Shown one piece after another: positions 26,582 through 37,817 of a stretch of 64,000 nt of DNA. Made by a program: the position numbers and the translations under genes. Position 1 is the first letter of the stretch; each line of letters opens with the position of its first letter. The DNA is from Candidatus Micrarchaeota archaeon (GTDB lineage: Archaea; Micrarchaeota; Micrarchaeia; Micrarchaeales; CABMGC01), in NCBI GenBank assembly GCA_021850625.1, contig JAJZLJ010000030.1, positions 22,356 through 86,355 of the forward strand. The letters run 5' to 3'. Under the pieces are notes generated by a model. The model ran no database searches, was not told the DNA's origin, and worked only from the letters and a program-made list of their open reading frames with translations.

Positions 26582-28192
26582 ATGCCGACTAAGTATGTTG
26601 TTGTTCTTGGCTCATTGATGAGCGGTCTTGGAAAGGGAGTTGTAAATTCTTCACTGCTTAAGATGCTTGATTTTTATGGTTATAATGCGCTTCCAATAAA
26701 ATTTGATGGTTATCTGAATTATGATTGCGGAACTATGAATCCATACAGGCATGGAGAGGTATTTGTGCTTGATGATAAAAGTGAGGTAGATATGGATTTT
26801 GGAATTTATGAACGCTTTCTCAATAAAGATATGACGGGGGATTTGTCTATAACTGGAGGAAAACTATTCGGTGCCGTTATAAATAAAGAACGTAGAGGTG
26901 AGTTCCTCGGGGCTGATGTTCAAATAATACCACACCTCACAAACGAAGCAATATCTATGATAAAGAAAGTTGCAAATACACGTAAACCAGATGTAATTAT
27001 AATAGAGGTAGGAGGAACTGTAGGAGATATAGAAAATAGTTATTTTATAGAAGCAGTTAGGCAGCTTGCACTTGAAGAAAAAACAGTATTCATAAACCTT
27101 ACTTACTCTCCAACAATGGAGGTCGTAGGAGAACAAAAGACAAAACCAGCACAGCTTGGTTTTAGAATGTTGTTGCAGTCTGGAATTATACCGGACTTTG
27201 TAATATGCAGAAGTAATAAAGAATTGAAAGAAAATACTGCTGAAAAACTAGCCATGTTCTCGAATCTTAAGAAAGAAAGAGTTATAGATGATTCAGATCT
27301 TCAAAGCATGTACATGCTCCCCATACATTTCATGAAACAAGGTTTTGATAAGCTTTTAATAAAAGAACTAGAGCTTGAAGAAAGATCTATAGATAATGAT
27401 AAGCTTAAAGAATGGAATCAAAAGATAAATAGAATAGAAAATCCTAAGAAAAAAGTGCGCGTAGCGGTTGTGGGAAAATATACTGGCTTAAAGGATGCAT
27501 ATGCAAGCATAAACGAGGCATTTATACATGCAGGGGTTGAAAATGATGCTAAAGTAGAGATAGCATGGATTGAATCAACAGAATTAGAGGAGAAAGGAAC
27601 TGCACTGTTAAATGGAGTAGATGGTATTCTTGTTCCAGGAGGCTTTGGAAATAGAGGTATAGAAGGTATGATTTGTGCAATAAAATATGCACGTGAAAAT
27701 AAAATACCGTATTTGGGAATATGTTTAGGTATGCAACTTATGGCAGTAGAGTTTGCAAGAAATGTTTGTATGTTGAATGACGCAAACTCGCTTGAGTTTG
27801 ATGCTGATACTAAAAATGGCGTAATAAGCCTTATGAGCTCGCAAAAGGAGATAGAGAATAAAGGAGGTACAATGAGACTTGGAGCTTGGAAATGTAAAAT
27901 AAAAAATACCAACACTTTGGCGTATAATATATACAAATCAGAATTAATTGAAGAAAGACACAGACATAGATATGAATTTAATAATCAATTTAGAGAGATA
28001 ATGGAACATAGTGGGTTGTTGATAAGTGGTACAACCATTGACGAAAAACTTGTGGAGTTTATAGAATGGAAAGATCAGTTTGGAATAGGAACACAGGCAC
28101 ATCCAGAGCTTAAGTCTAGACTTGAAAATCCAGCACCATTATTTGTAGAATTTATAAAAGCTGCACTTGAAAATACTAAGAGCAGAATTTAG
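26582..28192 (+). CDS. pyrG: CTP synthase
   Basis: SGLGKG, GTMNPYRHGEV, GGTVGDIE, GICLGMQ, RHRHRYE, HPE. Confidence 0.98.
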   Translation: MPTKYVVVLGSLMSGLGKGVVNSSLLKMLDFYGYNALPIKFDGYLNYDCGTMNPYRHGEVFVLDDKSEVDMDFGIYERFLNKDMTGDLSITGGKLFGAVINKERRGEFLGADVQIIPHLTNEAISMIKKVANTRKPDVIIIEVGGTVGDIENSYFIEAVRQLALEEKTVFINLTYSPTMEVVGEQKTKPAQLGFRMLLQSGIIPDFVICRSNKELKENTAEKLAMFSNLKKERVIDDSDLQSMYMLPIHFMKQGFDKLLIKELELEERSIDNDKLKEWNQKINRIENPKKKVRVAVVGKYTGLKDAYASINEAFIHAGVENDAKVEIAWIESTELEEKGTALLNGVDGILVPGGFGNRGIEGMICAIKYARENKIPYLGICLGMQLMAVEFARNVCMLNDANSLEFDADTKNGVISLMSSQKEIENKGGTMRLGAWKCKIKNTNTLAYNIYKSELIEERHRHRYEFNNQFREIMEHSGLLISGTTIDEKLVEFIEWKDQFGIGTQAHPELKSRLENPAPLFVEFIKAALENTKSRI

Positions 28193-29738
28193 AAGCATAG
28201 TTTGCTATAGACACTATTATTTTTCCGAAAATAGGAACGCTTTCAGAAACCGTTTTGATTACTAGTATGTCGTTATTTGTTAACGCTTTCATAACGCCAA
28301 GAAAAATTGGATAGAGCAAAAACATTGCCGCAACTCCGATTAATAAACCTATTGCACCGGAAAAAATCAAGGAAATTGGAATTAGTAAAAATGCAAATAG
28401 AAAATTTGCAGTTAAAAGTCTAAGCAACTTTCCTCTGTGCATATTTATGCCTATCTTAGAAAAGTAATTTAGATAAAGAATACTTAGGGAGATGTTTCCT
28501 ATATAGAAAGTTGCAATTATCATCCCAATAACTCCAAAATAAGGAGTAAGTATAAATAAAAAAATAAATTGCAAAAGTACTGAGATTGCGGTATATTTTA
28601 AGATCTTGTTTTGTTTTGATGAGGTTATAAGAAAATTAGCCCCATAACTTCCAAATATTCCAATTAAAATTCCTATACTTATTAATTGCATGTATTGTGT
28701 TGCACCAAGATATGCAGTATTGAATGCTATATAGATTATCTCACCTGAAAAAACAGATAGGAAAATTATAAGAGGGGTGGTAAAGATAAGACTTATGTAG
28801 GTGGAAAAATAAAGTAATTTTCCTGCATTTGCTCCTTGTTTTTCTTTGTATATTGCTTCAGAAAACATTGGCAATACCGCTAGGGATATTGCACCTATAA
28901 ACACATCTATCAATGATCCTACACGTGATGCAATCCCATAATAACCTACTAAAGAAGAGGATACTATCAATGCAAGAAAGATTACTGAAAAGTTACTTAT
29001 TGAAGCAGAAATAATGTTTGAATAAGCCATATCTTTTGAAAACAAAAGTATTTTTTTAACTCTGCTAAAAATTCCCTCTAGTTTAAAGTTAAAGCCTAAA
29101 TGTTTTAATAATACATAAAATTCAAATAAAGAGGCAACGATCAAACCGAAAATAAAACCTAGTATTGCGCCGAGTATTCCAAAACCTAAAAGTACAAGTC
29201 CCACGCCGAAGATTCCTTGAATTGACGCATGAATTATAGAACTAGTGGCTAGAGAGCCACCCTTATTTAGACTTAAAATATGGTAGTATAAAGTAGCGTA
29301 AATAAGAGCTAGTAAAATAGTTACGCTTGCTATATCAAGCAAAAAGAAATAATTTATATTGTGCAAAGAGTAAACAGAAAATGATGGAGAGAACACTAAG
29401 ACTAAGATAGTCAGTATAATACCGAATATGATAGTAATAAAAAGTGTGTCTCCAAGGACAAGTTTTGCTTCTGATGTTTTCTTTGCAGAGATAAGTTTTG
29501 GAATACGTTCGGATATATAAGAGTTTATATTCGGATTTCCAAAGCCTCCGAAAAGCGCAGTTATGCTCATTATTATAGTATATATACCAAAGGCTGAAGG
29601 ACCTAGATATCTTGCTATAATTATAAAGGTCACGAGATTTATTATAAGGGAAATTGATTTGCCTGCAACTATGAATGAGGCAACATTTGTCATCTTTTTG
29701 CCCAGTGTCTCAGTAAGTTTGTTTTCATTATTTAGCAT
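28176..29738 (-). CDS. oligosaccharide flippase (Wzx/MATE-like)
   Basis: About 14 TMs, ARYLGPSAFGIY, VGYYGIA. Confidence 0.85.
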   Translation of the reverse strand: MLNNENKLTETLGKKMTNVASFIVAGKSISLIINLVTFIIIARYLGPSAFGIYTIIMSITALFGGFGNPNINSYISERIPKLISAKKTSEAKLVLGDTLFITIIFGIILTILVLVFSPSFSVYSLHNINYFFLLDIASVTILLALIYATLYYHILSLNKGGSLATSSIIHASIQGIFGVGLVLLGFGILGAILGFIFGLIVASLFEFYVLLKHLGFNFKLEGIFSRVKKILLFSKDMAYSNIISASISNFSVIFLALIVSSSLVGYYGIASRVGSLIDVFIGAISLAVLPMFSEAIYKEKQGANAGKLLYFSTYISLIFTTPLIIFLSVFSGEIIYIAFNTAYLGATQYMQLISIGILIGIFGSYGANFLITSSKQNKILKYTAISVLLQFIFLFILTPYFGVIGMIIATFYIGNISLSILYLNYFSKIGINMHRGKLLRLLTANFLFAFLLIPISLIFSGAIGLLIGVAAMFLLYPIFLGVMKALTNNDILVIKTVSESVPIFGKIIVSIANYASKFCS

Positions 29739-31305
29739 CGTGCATACCTAACAAAATATTAGTATAAGAAAGTATATAATCAAAGAATCTCCCAAGTACA
29801 GGTATACGTGGCATAAAACTGCGTAGTTTTGAGATGTCTTCTTTTGTTATAACCCTTAAAAGCATAAGAAAAATAGGATAAAATATTATTGTTATGATAA
29901 AACCGGAGATAAGTTGTAAGATAATATTGGCAGAGAAGAAAGAGAGTTCTAAGGGAAAATAAAGTAGTAGTGACGCAAGTGTTGCTAAGAAAATTGGAAT
30001 ATAATTTATTTTTAGTGATAGATTGTTTCGTACCGCAAGGATCAGTAGTATATCATTAAGAATGCTCCCAATTATGAATACAGGAATTATAACGCCCAAC
30101 ACGCCATAGCTAGGAGCTAGTATTAAAAGAAGAATTAACTGTGTTATAACTGAAATTATATTATATTTCAACATCTTTTTCGTAAGGCCTTTTGAGGTAA
30201 GAATACTGCCTAAATAATAAGAAATTAAATTTATCGCAACGCCCAATGTTATTAATGCTAGGTATAATGGTGCAAGAGAGTACTTATTTGATAAAAGAAG
30301 TTCGACTGCTGGAGTCGCCATTGCACTTATGAATATTATAAATGGAAGAGTCAAAACTAGAGAGTATACCATTGTTTTTGTATAGGAATTATTTTTTTGT
30401 TTAGATTCTTTTTCAGTATTTATTTTAGAGAATAATGGAAGAACAACCATAGACATTGTACCATAGGAGATAGCAGCGAAGTTGAGCCCTTTTAAGGCAG
30501 CACCATAATTTCCTATAACCGCAGAGGTTACATAAAAACCTAAAAATAATATAGAAAAATTTTGCATTGCGGTATTAAGTATGTTGTTTATGGCTAGTGG
30601 GAATGAAAAATTAAATGCTACGGAAAGCATCTTTTTGTTAGGACGTATCAACTTAAAGCCAGTATATGAACGCGCTATTTTTAATATGAAATACACAGCT
30701 AATATTGAACCTATTATGTTCCCTAGGAGTATGCCAAAAACTGCACCATTAACACCGTATCCTAGTTTTAATAAAAGAACTATCGAAACAAGTTGTATTA
30801 CGTCTACAGATATTGAGGTTGCTGCAGCTTGCTTGCCGCCAGAAAAGCCGGCAAGCGCGTGTACATTTATATTTTGTATCATTGAAAAAAAGATTATCAA
30901 TGCAGCGATAGACAGAGTAATGTAGGAGATTTGTATGTTTGATGCAAAGCTGTTAGAGAGTACACCACTTATTCCTACACCTATAACAGTTAGAACTGTT
31001 GCTACAATTAGCATTAAAATATATGAAGCAGAAATTGTTTTGCTTATTCCATCTGTATTTTTCTTGTAGGAGAATTCTGAAAGATTTTTGCTCATGAAGC
31101 TTCCTATGCCAAAATTACCAACCGCACCAACAAGAGCAGAAAAACCTATAGCAAAGACGTATATGCCATAATTTGAAGGTCCAAGATAACGAGTAACATA
31201 AATGAAAGTTATTATGGTTATTATTGCGCCAAGTATCTGACCTAGATATAAAAAGGACAATGTCTTTCCAGCTTCAGAGCCTATACTTCTTTTTTTGGTC
31301 TGCAT
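29728..31305 (-). CDS. oligosaccharide flippase (Wzx/MATE-like), paralog
   Basis: TRYLGPSNYGIY, IGNYGAA, about 14 TMs. Confidence 0.85.
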   Translation of the reverse strand: MQTKKRSIGSEAGKTLSFLYLGQILGAIITIITFIYVTRYLGPSNYGIYVFAIGFSALVGAVGNFGIGSFMSKNLSEFSYKKNTDGISKTISASYILMLIVATVLTVIGVGISGVLSNSFASNIQISYITLSIAALIIFFSMIQNINVHALAGFSGGKQAAATSISVDVIQLVSIVLLLKLGYGVNGAVFGILLGNIIGSILAVYFILKIARSYTGFKLIRPNKKMLSVAFNFSFPLAINNILNTAMQNFSILFLGFYVTSAVIGNYGAALKGLNFAAISYGTMSMVVLPLFSKINTEKESKQKNNSYTKTMVYSLVLTLPFIIFISAMATPAVELLLSNKYSLAPLYLALITLGVAINLISYYLGSILTSKGLTKKMLKYNIISVITQLILLLILAPSYGVLGVIIPVFIIGSILNDILLILAVRNNLSLKINYIPIFLATLASLLLYFPLELSFFSANIILQLISGFIITIIFYPIFLMLLRVITKEDISKLRSFMPRIPVLGRFFDYILSYTNILLGMHDAK

Positions 31306-31415
31306 AAAAATCTTCAGTTTATTATATGGCAACTATATGCATATTTATTCTTTAGCATATACAAATAATAAGGCTTGTTTGCTAATCCATAATATAAAGT
31401 TTATTGATTGTTTTT

Positions 31416-33707
31416 ATGAAAATTGAGGATCTTAAAAATCATATTGATTGGAAAAGAATTAAACCATACTTAATAGCAATAGCCATTTATACAGTAATAT
31501 CTCTAATTATGTTCTGGAACATTGCAGGAAATATCAATAATATTGTTGTAAATGGAGGTGGAGATGTTTTCCAAAGCCTTTGGGGATTGTGGTGGGTACC
31601 GTATAGCATCTTTACGCTTCATGCCTCACCATATATTACAAATATGATACTTTATCCTGTTGGAGCAAATCTTGCAACTCAAACAATGACACCTCTTGCT
31701 GGCATTATCTTCGCACCGCTTCAGATAATAGGTCTTGCTTTTGAATATAATTTCCTCTTCTTTACAAGTTTTATAATAGGAGGACTTACAATGTTCATGC
31801 TTGCAAAATATTTAATAAAGGATAATTATGCAGCATTTATTGCAGGATTAGTATTTGCATTTAGCCCAGTGCACATAGCACAAGCATATTCACATTTGCA
31901 ATGGACATTGATAGAGTTTATACCTCTTTTTATATTATTTTTCATAATGGCTTTGCGAGAGAAGAAAATTAACTTTTTGTATTCTGGTTTGGCTGGAATT
32001 AGCCTCGTTCTTGCTACATTTATGGGAGATATAGAGCAAGGAATTATGTTGATATTTTTTGCATTGGTAAGTCTTGTTGTTCTTTTGGTGCTTGAACGAA
32101 AAGAGATACTTAGAAAAGTAGTTCTGTATAATCTAGGCATAATGGTTATTTTCTTTTTGCTTTTCAGCTCACCATTTATTTACTGGTTATCCGGTGCTTA
32201 TAACAGCTCAACGCTTAGTTCGGCAAATCAGCTTAGCGGTGTAGTCAACAATATGCTCTATAGCGATACAGTAACCTCATTCTTCTTACCTAGTTATTAC
32301 AACGGAGTATTTCACAACGCATCACTATCCTACTTCAATCAAACATACTCGTTGAATTATGAAAATGTACAGTACGGTCCTGATATAACTGAAAAGGTAG
32401 CATATATTGGCTTTACTATTATTGCGCTTGTGCTTTTTGCACTTTATCACGAGCATAAGAAAAACAAGTTAATAGAACTTAGGTACTGGATTGTAATAGG
32501 AGTTATTTTTGGATTATTATCATTAGGTCCATTTATCCAGTTTATAGGTAGCAGCACAGGAGTGCCTTCGTTGTATTATGTGTATAGGCTTGTTCCTATA
32601 TTTAATGTAATAAGAGAACCTGGAAGGTTTGATTTTATAGTTACTGTTGCGCTTGCAATTCTTGCTGGTTTTGGAATAAAAAATATACGTGATAAGATAC
32701 CTTATGTAAATAAAAATATTGTACTAGCAATTGTAGGAATATCTTTATTGATATTAATAGAGTATAACGGCATGCCATTGTCTGGAAGTTTTGCTAGCCA
32801 GCTTACAAGAAATGCAACCATACCTAACGCATTCAAAAATCTTGGAACACAAAATCTTACAAAATCATTTTCTATACTGATGTTGCCAGCATTACCAAGC
32901 GGGGCTACTGGATATCTATATCCAGGATTGGAGATGTATTATGATACTGCGGCTAAGATCCCTCTTGTTGGAGGTTATCCTACAAGAATTAATGCAACGC
33001 AGCAACAATTAGATGAGAATATTCCATTGGCAGTATCAGCATTATATTTACAAAACGCAAATACAACGCAAAATTATGCGATTTTATATCCCTCTCCGAT
33101 AAAGGAAAATTACTCTGATCTTTCTTTGCTATGGCTCAAAGAGTATAATGTTGGTGGTATAGCCGTACTTAAAAGTGCCTTCAACTCAGAAGCATATTAT
33201 GTACTCAATTCATACCTAGCCTCTATCTTTGGCCAGCCATATCAAGATAACAACCTTACATTTTTCTATGCTAATCAAGCAAATTTAAGCTCGTTTAATG
33301 AAAGTATTATTTCATATATAATAGGAACATGGATACCAGGATACACCTATGGATATCTTCCATTTTGTAATGCACAAAATGTATGCGTAAACAGCACTTA
33401 TGAAAATACATGGTGGGGTACAAACCTTAGAGGAATTGTATTGTTCTCGCCAAAAAGTACAACGATAAATATGAATATGCAGTTACTTAATGCGCAACCT
33501 TCCAATCCGGTCTATATTTTTGTAAATAATGCAAAAACACCAATATCTATTAACTCGAGTACAGCGTTGAGAAATTATTCACTTAGCCTCAATGTGAGCT
33601 ATGGCTTTAATCAGATAGTGTTTTATCAAAGCAACGCCACAACTACAAACCAAACAAACCCATATTTGACATATGGAATAGAGAACATAACTTTTTCTAA
33701 TAAATAA
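31416..33707 (+). CDS. GT-C-type polytopic membrane glycosyltransferase (YfhO-like)
   Basis: GGDVFQSLW, AGLVFAFSPVH, IREPGRF, extracellular tail rich in sequons. Confidence 0.72.
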   Translation: MKIEDLKNHIDWKRIKPYLIAIAIYTVISLIMFWNIAGNINNIVVNGGGDVFQSLWGLWWVPYSIFTLHASPYITNMILYPVGANLATQTMTPLAGIIFAPLQIIGLAFEYNFLFFTSFIIGGLTMFMLAKYLIKDNYAAFIAGLVFAFSPVHIAQAYSHLQWTLIEFIPLFILFFIMALREKKINFLYSGLAGISLVLATFMGDIEQGIMLIFFALVSLVVLLVLERKEILRKVVLYNLGIMVIFFLLFSSPFIYWLSGAYNSSTLSSANQLSGVVNNMLYSDTVTSFFLPSYYNGVFHNASLSYFNQTYSLNYENVQYGPDITEKVAYIGFTIIALVLFALYHEHKKNKLIELRYWIVIGVIFGLLSLGPFIQFIGSSTGVPSLYYVYRLVPIFNVIREPGRFDFIVTVALAILAGFGIKNIRDKIPYVNKNIVLAIVGISLLILIEYNGMPLSGSFASQLTRNATIPNAFKNLGTQNLTKSFSILMLPALPSGATGYLYPGLEMYYDTAAKIPLVGGYPTRINATQQQLDENIPLAVSALYLQNANTTQNYAILYPSPIKENYSDLSLLWLKEYNVGGIAVLKSAFNSEAYYVLNSYLASIFGQPYQDNNLTFFYANQANLSSFNESIISYIIGTWIPGYTYGYLPFCNAQNVCVNSTYENTWWGTNLRGIVLFSPKSTTINMNMQLLNAQPSNPVYIFVNNAKTPISINSSTALRNYSLSLNVSYGFNQIVFYQSNATTTNQTNPYLTYGIENITFSNK

Positions 33708-33783
33708 AAATGAGAATTATTTTGCAGATTTTTGTAGAAAATACTTAAATAGTTTGCTATCATAGTAGTAAGTGGGGATAAAA

Positions 33784-34029
33784 ATGGGAGTTGAAGAATT
33801 AGTTGAGGGAGGAACGTACGATGTGCGCCTTAGCGCTAGAAATCCTAGAGGCGAAGGAATAGGGAGAATTGACAATGTAGTAGTATTCGTAAAGAATGCT
33901 GACGCGAGAATAGGTAAGACACATAAAATAAGGATTACTAAGTTGCATAGAACCTTCGCATATGGTGAAGTTGCAGACACATTGAATAATAGTAAGTATT
34001 TTATAGGTAGTGGTAGCTTAATAGTATAG
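33784..34029 (+). CDS. single TRAM domain RNA-binding protein
   Basis: VEGGTYDV, GEGIGRIDNVVVFV, RITKLHRTFAYGEV. Confidence 0.85.
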   Translation: MGVEELVEGGTYDVRLSARNPRGEGIGRIDNVVVFVKNADARIGKTHKIRITKLHRTFAYGEVADTLNNSKYFIGSGSLIV

Positions 34030-34107
34030 ACCTGTTTATTTTTATTATATTTTAATTATTGATTTAATTGCAATTATAAAATAATTTTTTAACGTTTTAG
34101 TGGTATT

Positions 34108-34746
34108 ATGATAGATTATGAGAAGTTTGCAGATAAGGTAAGACACGGAACTACAACCTTAGCACTTGTGTGCAGTGATGGCGTTGCTATGGGTGCAGAT
34201 GTGAGAGCAACATACTCCACGTATATATCCAGTTCTGAGGCAATAAAGATACATAAAATAGACAACAATTTGGGAATGACTATTGCAGGAGGGGTTGGAG
34301 ATGCTGAATATCTTGTAAAACTACTTAAAATGCAAAATGAATTATATAAGATGGATGAAGGAAAATCAATGACTCCGAAAAACGCCACATCTATAATGTC
34401 ATTAGTTATGCAGGAAAATAAAATGTACCCATATTATGTAGAACTTATAATTGGAGGGTTGAACAACGGCACTCCTGAAATATATAACATAGATCCAGTT
34501 GGAGGACATATAAAAGAATCTAAATTTACTTCTACAGGAAGCGGTTCTATTGCTGCAACAGGATATATGGAAAGTGTTTATAGTGAAGACATGCAAACAG
34601 TAGACGCAGTAAAGCATATTGCAAAGGCTTTGAAGATAGCTATGAAAAGAGACAGCGCTACTGGAGATGGGATGAAGATAGTATCTATTACTAAGAAGGG
34701 ATATAAGGAGTATACAAAAGAAGAGATAGAAAAATTGGTCAAATAA
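34108..34746 (+). CDS. psmB: proteasome beta subunit
   Basis: Propeptide then G/TTTLAL, ADVRAT, TGSGS, RDSATGDG. Confidence 0.96.
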   Translation: MIDYEKFADKVRHGTTTLALVCSDGVAMGADVRATYSTYISSSEAIKIHKIDNNLGMTIAGGVGDAEYLVKLLKMQNELYKMDEGKSMTPKNATSIMSLVMQENKMYPYYVELIIGGLNNGTPEIYNIDPVGGHIKESKFTSTGSGSIAATGYMESVYSEDMQTVDAVKHIAKALKIAMKRDSATGDGMKIVSITKKGYKEYTKEEIEKLVK

Positions 34747-34804
34747 ACCAGTACATAGAGGATAGAAACGTAATGCATATTTTAATAATAAATACAGTGA
34801 GTAG

Positions 34805-36745
34805 TTGAACAGCGATAGCCAAGAAAATAAAGATATAAAGGAAAAAATAAAAGAGCTCATGCCGAATGAAGCTGAGCTTATAGAGATAGATTTCGAAGGG
34901 CCGGATGTTGCAGTTTATGTAAAAAATATCTCTTTTGTTTACAATGATGAAAGCATAATAAAAAATATATCTGCTGCTATAAAGAAAAGGCTTATAGTAA
35001 GAAGCGATGTCAAAGAATTACTTGATGAAGATACCGCCCTTAAAAAAATCTTAGAGATTATACCTGCTGATGCTGGAGTCACTGAAGAATGCATTAGATT
35101 TGATAAGGAATTTTCTCAAGTATATATAGAAGCAATGAAACCAGGGTTAGTTATAGGAAAAAGTGGAATTACACTTATTAAAATAATAACAGATACTAAA
35201 TGGGTTCCGAAGGTTCTTAGGATACCTACAATGAATAGTGATGTTATAAAAGGAGTAAGACAGCTTATCCTTAGAGAAAATGAATTTAGAAAGAAATTTT
35301 TAACTGCAGTAGGAAAAAAGATAAATCAACCTATGAATAAAAGTGAATGGCTTAAGGCAACAGCATTAGGAGGCTTCAAGGAAGTTGGAAGAAGTTGTTT
35401 GCTTTTAGAGACCAATCATTCAAAGATATTAATAGATTGTGGAATAAGTCCAGAGCCTGGAATAAAAGGACTCGATACAACAAGTACTGAAAATAAAGCA
35501 TTCCCATATTTAGATAATGCAAACCTCACTATAAACGACATAGACGCAGTAATAATGACGCACGCTCACATGGATCATATGGGCTTTATACCATATCTTT
35601 ATAAATTTGGATATACTGGTCCAGTATATGCAACTCCGCCTTCTAGAGACCTTGCAGCTTTGTTGCTTTATGATTATAATAAGCTAGTTATGAGAACAGG
35701 AGGTACTCCACTTTACGGAGAAAAGGATATTAAGAGCATGTTAACACACATGATAACCAGAGATTACGGAGAAGTAACAAATATTACTGATGAAATAAAA
35801 CTTACCTATCACAACGCAGGACATATTCTAGGAAGCGGAATTGTTCATTTACACATAGGCGAAGGACTTTACAACATAGTACATACTGGTGACATAAAAT
35901 ATGGTTTTACAAGATTGTATGACCAAGCAGATACAAAATATCCTAGAATAGATGCATTATTTATTGAGAGCACATATGGCGGAGCCAAGAATATAGGACA
36001 TGATAGGCAAAGCTCAGAGATAGAATTAATGCAAAATATAAAAAAGACTATAGACAATGGAGGTAAGGTCTTAATACCTCTTTTTGCGGTTGGAAGGGCA
36101 CAAGAACTACAGATGGTTATGGAAAATTATATAACAAATAATAAAGAGTTTAAGATTGACGCTCCTATATACTTAGATGGCATGCTTCTTGAAGCTAGTG
36201 CCATACATACAGCTTACCCAGAGTATCTTAAAATGGGATTGAGACATAGAATATTAAATAACAATTCGCCATTTGAAAGTGAGATTTTTGAGGTTGCAAA
36301 GGGAGAACGCACAGAAATATTAGATAAAGGTCCTGCAGTTATATTGGCAAGTGGAGGAATGCTTAATGGAGGAACAGCACTTGAGTATTTTAAGGCATTT
36401 GCAGAGGATCCTAAAAATCTTTTGGTATTTGTAGGATTCAACAGTGCCGGTTCGTTTGGAAGAAGAGTTCAAAACGGGCTTACTGAGACTGCACTGCCCG
36501 GAACTGACGGAAAGATGGAGGAAGTGAAGATTAAAATGCAAATAAAAACGATAGATGCTTTTTCTGGACATAGTGATAGAGTACAATTAACTAGTTTTGT
36601 TGATCATCTAAGGCCTGCTGCAAGAAAAATATATACAATGCATGGAGAAGAAAGTAGATGTGAGGATCTTGCAAGATTTCTTGGAAATAGATTTAAGGTT
36701 GAGTCTCGTTCGCCAATGGATTTAGACACTATAAGATTTAAATAA
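34805..36745 (+). CDS. fttA: KH-domain beta-CASP ribonuclease aCPSF1 (FttA termination factor)
   Basis: FEGPD, KPGLVIGK, LGGFKEVGRS, HAHMDH, FSGHSD, HGE; conserved position after psmB. Confidence 0.95.
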   Translation: MNSDSQENKDIKEKIKELMPNEAELIEIDFEGPDVAVYVKNISFVYNDESIIKNISAAIKKRLIVRSDVKELLDEDTALKKILEIIPADAGVTEECIRFDKEFSQVYIEAMKPGLVIGKSGITLIKIITDTKWVPKVLRIPTMNSDVIKGVRQLILRENEFRKKFLTAVGKKINQPMNKSEWLKATALGGFKEVGRSCLLLETNHSKILIDCGISPEPGIKGLDTTSTENKAFPYLDNANLTINDIDAVIMTHAHMDHMGFIPYLYKFGYTGPVYATPPSRDLAALLLYDYNKLVMRTGGTPLYGEKDIKSMLTHMITRDYGEVTNITDEIKLTYHNAGHILGSGIVHLHIGEGLYNIVHTGDIKYGFTRLYDQADTKYPRIDALFIESTYGGAKNIGHDRQSSEIELMQNIKKTIDNGGKVLIPLFAVGRAQELQMVMENYITNNKEFKIDAPIYLDGMLLEASAIHTAYPEYLKMGLRHRILNNNSPFESEIFEVAKGERTEILDKGPAVILASGGMLNGGTALEYFKAFAEDPKNLLVFVGFNSAGSFGRRVQNGLTETALPGTDGKMEEVKIKMQIKTIDAFSGHSDRVQLTSFVDHLRPAARKIYTMHGEESRCEDLARFLGNRFKVESRSPMDLDTIRFK

Positions 36746-36857
36746 TAGCTCTGTTTTTTATCTTTGACTTTTACATTAACTTTTAATACAACTTTTTATT
36801 GTGGTTTAAAAAAGAAAGTAATAAAAGATTTAATACTAAATTAATAAATATGATTTA

Positions 36858-37817
36858 ATGTCCATTGAAAAACAAGATAATAAAATAAATGCCGAGCAAC
36901 CAAAGAATATTACTAAAGAGGGAACACAAGTTAAGATCACGGCTGATTTTGAGTATCTTAAAATTGTCAATAAAGTTTTATCTAGCGGCAGATGGAAAGA
37001 AAATAGAACAGGAATAAGAACGCTTGCTGTTGCTGGGGCAATTTTTGAATATGATATGGAAAATGGTTTTCCGCTTCTTACTACTAAAAAAGTTCCTTTT
37101 AGAAATATTGCATCTGAACTTGAATTTTTTATAAAAGGAATTACCGATAAAAAATGGCTACAGGATCATAATAATCATATATGGGATGAATGGGCATCGC
37201 CATTAAAAGCGCCATATGGACATTTAGAAGAGAATAAAAAAAGAATGCTTGAAGAAAGAGATTTAGGACCTATATATGGATTTCAATGGAGGCATTTTAA
37301 TGCAAAATACAAAGACCATGAAAGCAACTATGAAGATGAAGGAATTGACCAATTAGAAAAACTTGTGAAAAAGCTTAAGGAAGATCCTAACGACAGACGC
37401 ATGATAGTTTCAGCGTGGAATCCACAGCAACTTCATGAGATGGCTCTGCCTCCTTGCCATTATGGTTTTCAGGTCACCGTTATAGAAAATAAGCTTAATC
37501 TTCTTTGGAATCAACGTTCAGTAGATACAATGTTGGGACTTCCGTTCAATATAGCAAGCTATGCGTTGCTTCTTCATCTTCTCGCTAAAGAAAGCGGATA
37601 TGAAGAGGGCAAGCTTGTGGGATTTCTAGCGGATGTGCATATATATGAAAATCATATTCAAGGAGCTAAAGAACAAAGCGCTAGGGATGCCTTCCTCTAT
37701 ATTCCTCCTAGAATAACTACACAAAACTTTAAGGATATCTTTACGTGGGAGGCTTCAATGACTAAGCTTGAAGGATATGAGAGTTATCCAGGAATAAAAT
37801 TTGACATTGCTGTTTGA
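36858..37817 (+). CDS. thyA: thymidylate synthase ThyA
   Basis: RTG, FPLLTTKK, LGPIYGFQWR, ALPPCH, QRSVD..LGLPFN, HIYENH. Confidence 0.97.
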   Translation: MSIEKQDNKINAEQPKNITKEGTQVKITADFEYLKIVNKVLSSGRWKENRTGIRTLAVAGAIFEYDMENGFPLLTTKKVPFRNIASELEFFIKGITDKKWLQDHNNHIWDEWASPLKAPYGHLEENKKRMLEERDLGPIYGFQWRHFNAKYKDHESNYEDEGIDQLEKLVKKLKEDPNDRRMIVSAWNPQQLHEMALPPCHYGFQVTVIENKLNLLWNQRSVDTMLGLPFNIASYALLLHLLAKESGYEEGKLVGFLADVHIYENHIQGAKEQSARDAFLYIPPRITTQNFKDIFTWEASMTKLEGYESYPGIKFDIAV

